Positions 8,401 through 10,196 of a stretch of 10,196 nucleotides of DNA are shown here, piece after piece. The notes beneath the pieces were generated by a model, which saw only the letters and a list, made by a program, of their open reading frames with translations, was not told the origin of the DNA and made no database searches. How positions within the stretch are numbered: position 1 is the first letter of the stretch; each line of letters opens with the position of its first letter. The DNA comes from Azolla caroliniana (Eukaryota > Plantae > Polypodiophyta): contig JBHGNT010001293.1 in NCBI GenBank assembly GCA_043228905.1, forward strand, positions 1 to 10,196. Reading direction: 5' to 3'. The position numbers were made by a program, and so were the translations under genes.

Positions 8401-8726
8401 ATACTACTCCTATATAAATAGGACATATATTGTATTGTTAGAACCATTCTGGTTCAACACCAGTCTTTGGCAAATATTCTAGTTCTTGCTCTTGTATATT
8501 TTCCTATTATAATAAAATATAGTCATTGTTCTCTCTTTCTTTTCCTCTCTTGTTCAATCTTCTTTTGTCAAGCTAAGGCCTTGACACAGGAGGGATGAAG
8601 CTAAAGAAAGTTGTGATTGTTCTTTGTTGATGATCTTCTGTGGTTGTGTTATTGTCCTTCTACAATTTTTCCCTACAGAATAATGGAAGGGAAAGAAGAG
8701 AAAAAGGGGAGAAGATAGATATATTT

Positions 8727-9210
8727 GAGGGTCAAATATGACCTATGACACCAAAATTATTATATTTCACATAATACATGTGAAAGTGAGTAGGGACTCA
8801 TGATGTTCACGAACTTTACTTATGAATGTTGCAATCAAGAGTGGTGCACATTGTGATTGCGAGAGAATTTTGTGCAAGGGTTGGGTTTGGTTGAAGATAT
8901 GTGGAAAGCATAATCGAATGTGATCAAAGGCAAATCATTGTATCAAAGTGTGATACTTAGACTCTCGAACTTATTTAGGGCAAAGTGTGCATTGTCGACT
9001 ACTTTCATCACTTGTGCCCCAACACCCCATCTCATATCACAATGCATGTGAGCTAAGTCGCATGCAAGCAATTGTCTAGATGGCAAACAACGGGATACTC
9101 TAATATTCATGTGTGGTTTCCCCCGTTCATCGAAGAATAAGGTTTTGTAGTTAAGTGCAACATATGTAGTATATTGTGAAGTCCAAATGTTTCTCGTGTC
9201 ATGACACATT
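8727..9210 (-). repeat. Dispersed repeat A, copy 2 (inverted relative to copy 1)
   Basis: Its reverse complement matches 263-725, and it carries about 61 extra nt (around 8987-9047) absent from copy 1. Confidence 0.85.
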
Positions 9211-9372
9211 CCCATGTGGAGAGAGAGAGTAAAATTTGAGTAACTGTCTTACATCCAACCATATTACTTTGACGTTATGAAATGGTTATATATATATGAA
9301 ACTATTAATGAGATGCTCTTAATTTTCGTGTTTATGTTTTCCTTTGTTGAAATAGAGAATAATAGAACGTTT

Positions 9373-10196
9373 TTTCCAAAATTGATCTTTGCGACGGACA
9401 TCTACTTGGCAAAATGCTACAACATCCATTTCCAATTCTGCATAGCAAATGCTGAAATCCATTACAACTTGTCCATAGAGACATTTGTGGACCCGTCCCA
9501 ACAAAATCAATAACCGGATCTCATTATTTTATTAGCTTCGTTGATGACTATAGTCATTTCACAGTAATAACCTTTTGAAAAACCAAAGATCAAGCAATTC
9601 AAGCCTTCAAAAATGACATCCAATAAGTAAAGAATATAACACAAAGATCCATTTAACAATTACAAACAGATGGTGGGCATGAATGCTATTCTAGTGCAAT
9701 TAAGGAATTATACCAACCCCACCGAATTCACCATCGCATTTCAACACCTTATACTCCACAACAAAATGGAATAGCAGAAAGGAAAAATAGAAGTATTCTA
9801 AATGCAACTCAAAGCATGCTCCAAGTCGCCAACCTACCTCAAATTTTGGGAAAACGTTATTGGTACAACATGTTATCTACAAAATAGAATGTTTTGACAT
9901 GTTACATTGTACGCCAATCAATATATACTCCGCTCAGAACTGCTTGTAAACTATCCTTAGATGATGCCCCTAAAACTACTAAAGAATCTTTTGAAATGGA
10001 AAGTGTACCATATAAACAAGTCATAGGATATATAAGGTATCTAGTTAGTTGTACAAGGCCAGATATATGTTTTAGTGCTGGTTATTATCATGTTTCATGC
10101 TCAATCCAGGTCCAAAACATTGGCAAGCTCTTAAACGTGGATGGACTATTCATATAATCATACTCATTCCGAGTCATTTTAAGTGGATGGACTAAT
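9373..10196 (+). mobile_element. Decayed Ty1/copia pol fragment (integrase core, RT C-terminus, start of RNase H), running off the window
   Basis: Integrase motifs LQLVHRDICGP, YFISFVDDYS, QLQTDGGHE, TPYTPQQNGIAERKNR and FW...CYLQNR occur with in-frame stops and a frameshift. They are followed by VPYKQVIG..YLVSCTRPDICF, NPGPKHWQALKR and LSGWT. The INT-before-RT order is diagnostic of copia. Confidence 0.93.

Larger units (their letters stand above)
8124..8586 (+). mobile_element. Solo LTR (463 bp) of an LTR retrotransposon/TRIM
   Basis: TGTCA...TGACA termini and a perfect 5-bp TSD CAGGA (8119-8123 and 8587-8591). The empty site is visible in the intronic repeat-B copy. TATATAAATA lies at 8411-8420 and AATAAA at 8511-8516. 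Confidence 0.9.
7955..8673 (+). repeat. Dispersed repeat B, distal copy, split by the solo LTR and abutting a CACTA end
   Basis: Homology to 3336-3616 stops at 8123 and resumes at 8587. Confidence 0.8.

Overview
AT-rich, microsatellite-rich eukaryotic DNA from a land-plant nuclear genome. A fern or other non-angiosperm is plausible but cannot be established from this window. Two intact-looking genes converge: a two-exon, WW-less plant Pin1-type parvulin (+, 926-1163 joined to 4081-4205, 120 aa, 2917-nt intron) and an intronless RALF-like secreted peptide precursor (-, 5930-6274). The rest is mostly transposon debris. It includes a diverged ~470-bp repeat in two inverted copies bracketing both genes, a CACTA terminus, a 133-bp tandem duplication and a decayed, internally deleted Ty1/copia pol. 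It also includes a 463-bp solo LTR with a perfect 5-bp TSD whose U3 carries an antisense tRNA-like A/B-box module and a palindromic tandem array. No prokaryotic-type system (CRISPR etc.) is present. The most unusual items are the tRNA-bearing LTR, the inverted repeat pair around the genes, and the atypical RALF.
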